From: Geosiphon pyriformis uo1
Lineage: Eukaryota > Fungi > Glomeromycota
Assembly: GCA_016748015.1 (NCBI GenBank)
Contig: JAAOMT010000589.1
Location: forward strand, 7,783-19,346
Direction of reading: 5' to 3'
DNA length: 11,564 bases
Shown: positions 10,445-11,564 of the stretch, piece after piece
How positions within the stretch are numbered: position 1 is the first letter of the stretch
How the letters are laid out: each line of letters opens with the position of its first letter
The notes under the pieces: model-generated
What the model saw: the letters and a program-made list of their open reading frames with translations, nothing else
Databases searched by the model: none
Told to the model about the DNA's origin: nothing
Made by a program: the position numbers and the translations under genes

Positions 10445-11172
10445 ATTCTATCTAAATTATTTAATAGAGAAATTTGAAATTTTTATAATTCAACTAACAG
10501 AATAACTCGTGAGATTAATTACCCTAATTCCCATATTGAAATCCCGTAATTCTTTTGCAAAAAGTAAAGATTTTTTAACCAAAAATTATAAAAATTTCTA
10601 TCCCATTACTATTCCTTTGAGAATAAAATTTTTATGGATAAATTAAAATTGAAAAAAATAAAAAAGAAATTAAAAAAACAAATTTGTTTGTGGAAATTAA
10701 AGCTTCTTGGAAATGGCATTAATTCGAAATCAAAATTTCTAAAAAATTTATTCTGAGCTAATTTGAAATTTTTCGAAATTTCAGATTAAAATTTTTGGAA
10801 TTTAGGAAACCGAAACAAATTTATATAAAATTTACAAAAAAACTAAAAAAAAATTGAATTTCTCCCGTTTAAAATATGTAATTTCATGTTCAGGTTAAAT
10901 ATCTTGCTAGATTGCGGAGGAGAAAACCATTCAAAGGCATTAGTTTTAAAATGAAAATGTTATTTGATATATTCAGTAGGGATTTTCCTGTCATTTAAAT
11001 ATTATTATTATCACTTGAAATATAGTTTATTATCCAAATGTTAAATGAAATATGGTATGATATTAATGCATGTTAGAGGAGAATTTATATATGAAAAGAT
11101 AACAAAAAATATTTCCTCATAGGACAATAATAATCAGTTATGAAGGATAGTGAGCTTTTTTGAGGAATATTT
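10445..11172 (-). repeat. Right arm of long inverted repeat, diverged inner part
   Basis: Colinear reverse-complement similarity to ~647-1400 with indels. The inner boundary is approximate and is clear from ~10520. Confidence 0.75.
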
Positions 11173-11564
11173 TTTAAAGATTCCTTTATTCATGATAAAA
11201 TGATGAATGATTAATTTGCAAATCTAGGAATTAGATGTTTTCTTGGATACAAATTTTTTTATCCTGAACGTTGCTAGCTTACATTTTAAGTTAGAAAATT
11301 CCTAAAATAAAAATCATTCATAACATTTTGCAATAAGTATCTTGAAATAATTGCCAAATTTCAACAATACTCATTTTTGTTCACTCGTTAAAAAAATTTG
11401 TTTCAACAAAAAACATTTGGGATCGATGCTGGAAAATACACCCTCCAAACCTATAATCATTTTAATATTCGTGACACGAAATTTGAATACCTTTTTTTTT
11501 TAAACAAACGCTTGAGATGAGCACACAAACCAATGACATCTCTCAAGCAACTCACTAAATCCCT
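11173..11564 (-). repeat. Right arm of long inverted repeat, near-identical core (runs to the window end)
   Basis: Reverse complement of 255-646 with 9 substitutions. The match continues to the last base of the window, so the outer boundary is unknown. Confidence 0.97.

Noticed and set aside
255-11564. Polinton/Maverick call from long TIRs with AG...CT ends
   Set aside because: No pPolB, integrase, ATPase or capsid remnants are visible, no TSD can be tested, and the apparent terminus coincides with kinase codons and the window edge.

Overview
AT-rich eukaryotic DNA with short GT-AG introns. The gene content (TKL-type kinase remnant, Tc1 element) resembles an arbuscular mycorrhizal/Glomeromycota-like fungus, which is an inference. 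From left to right: (1) a frameshifted kinase fragment ending at HRDL; (2) the left arm of a long inverted repeat whose right arm closes the window (outer 392 bp about 98% identical, inner ~0.6-0.75 kb more diverged and apparently decayed coding sequence); (3) an intact 4-exon PI-PLC X-domain (PLC-like phosphodiesterase) gene on the minus strand, with a mirror-symmetric 12-cysteine insert; (4) a complete but inactivated 1354-bp Tc1 (DD34E) transposon with TIRs and TA target duplication; (5) an intact 2-exon gene for a 281-aa seven-transmembrane protein, only partly shown in the ORF track; (6) about 2.7 kb of non-coding AT-rich DNA. All alignments and counts were done by eye.
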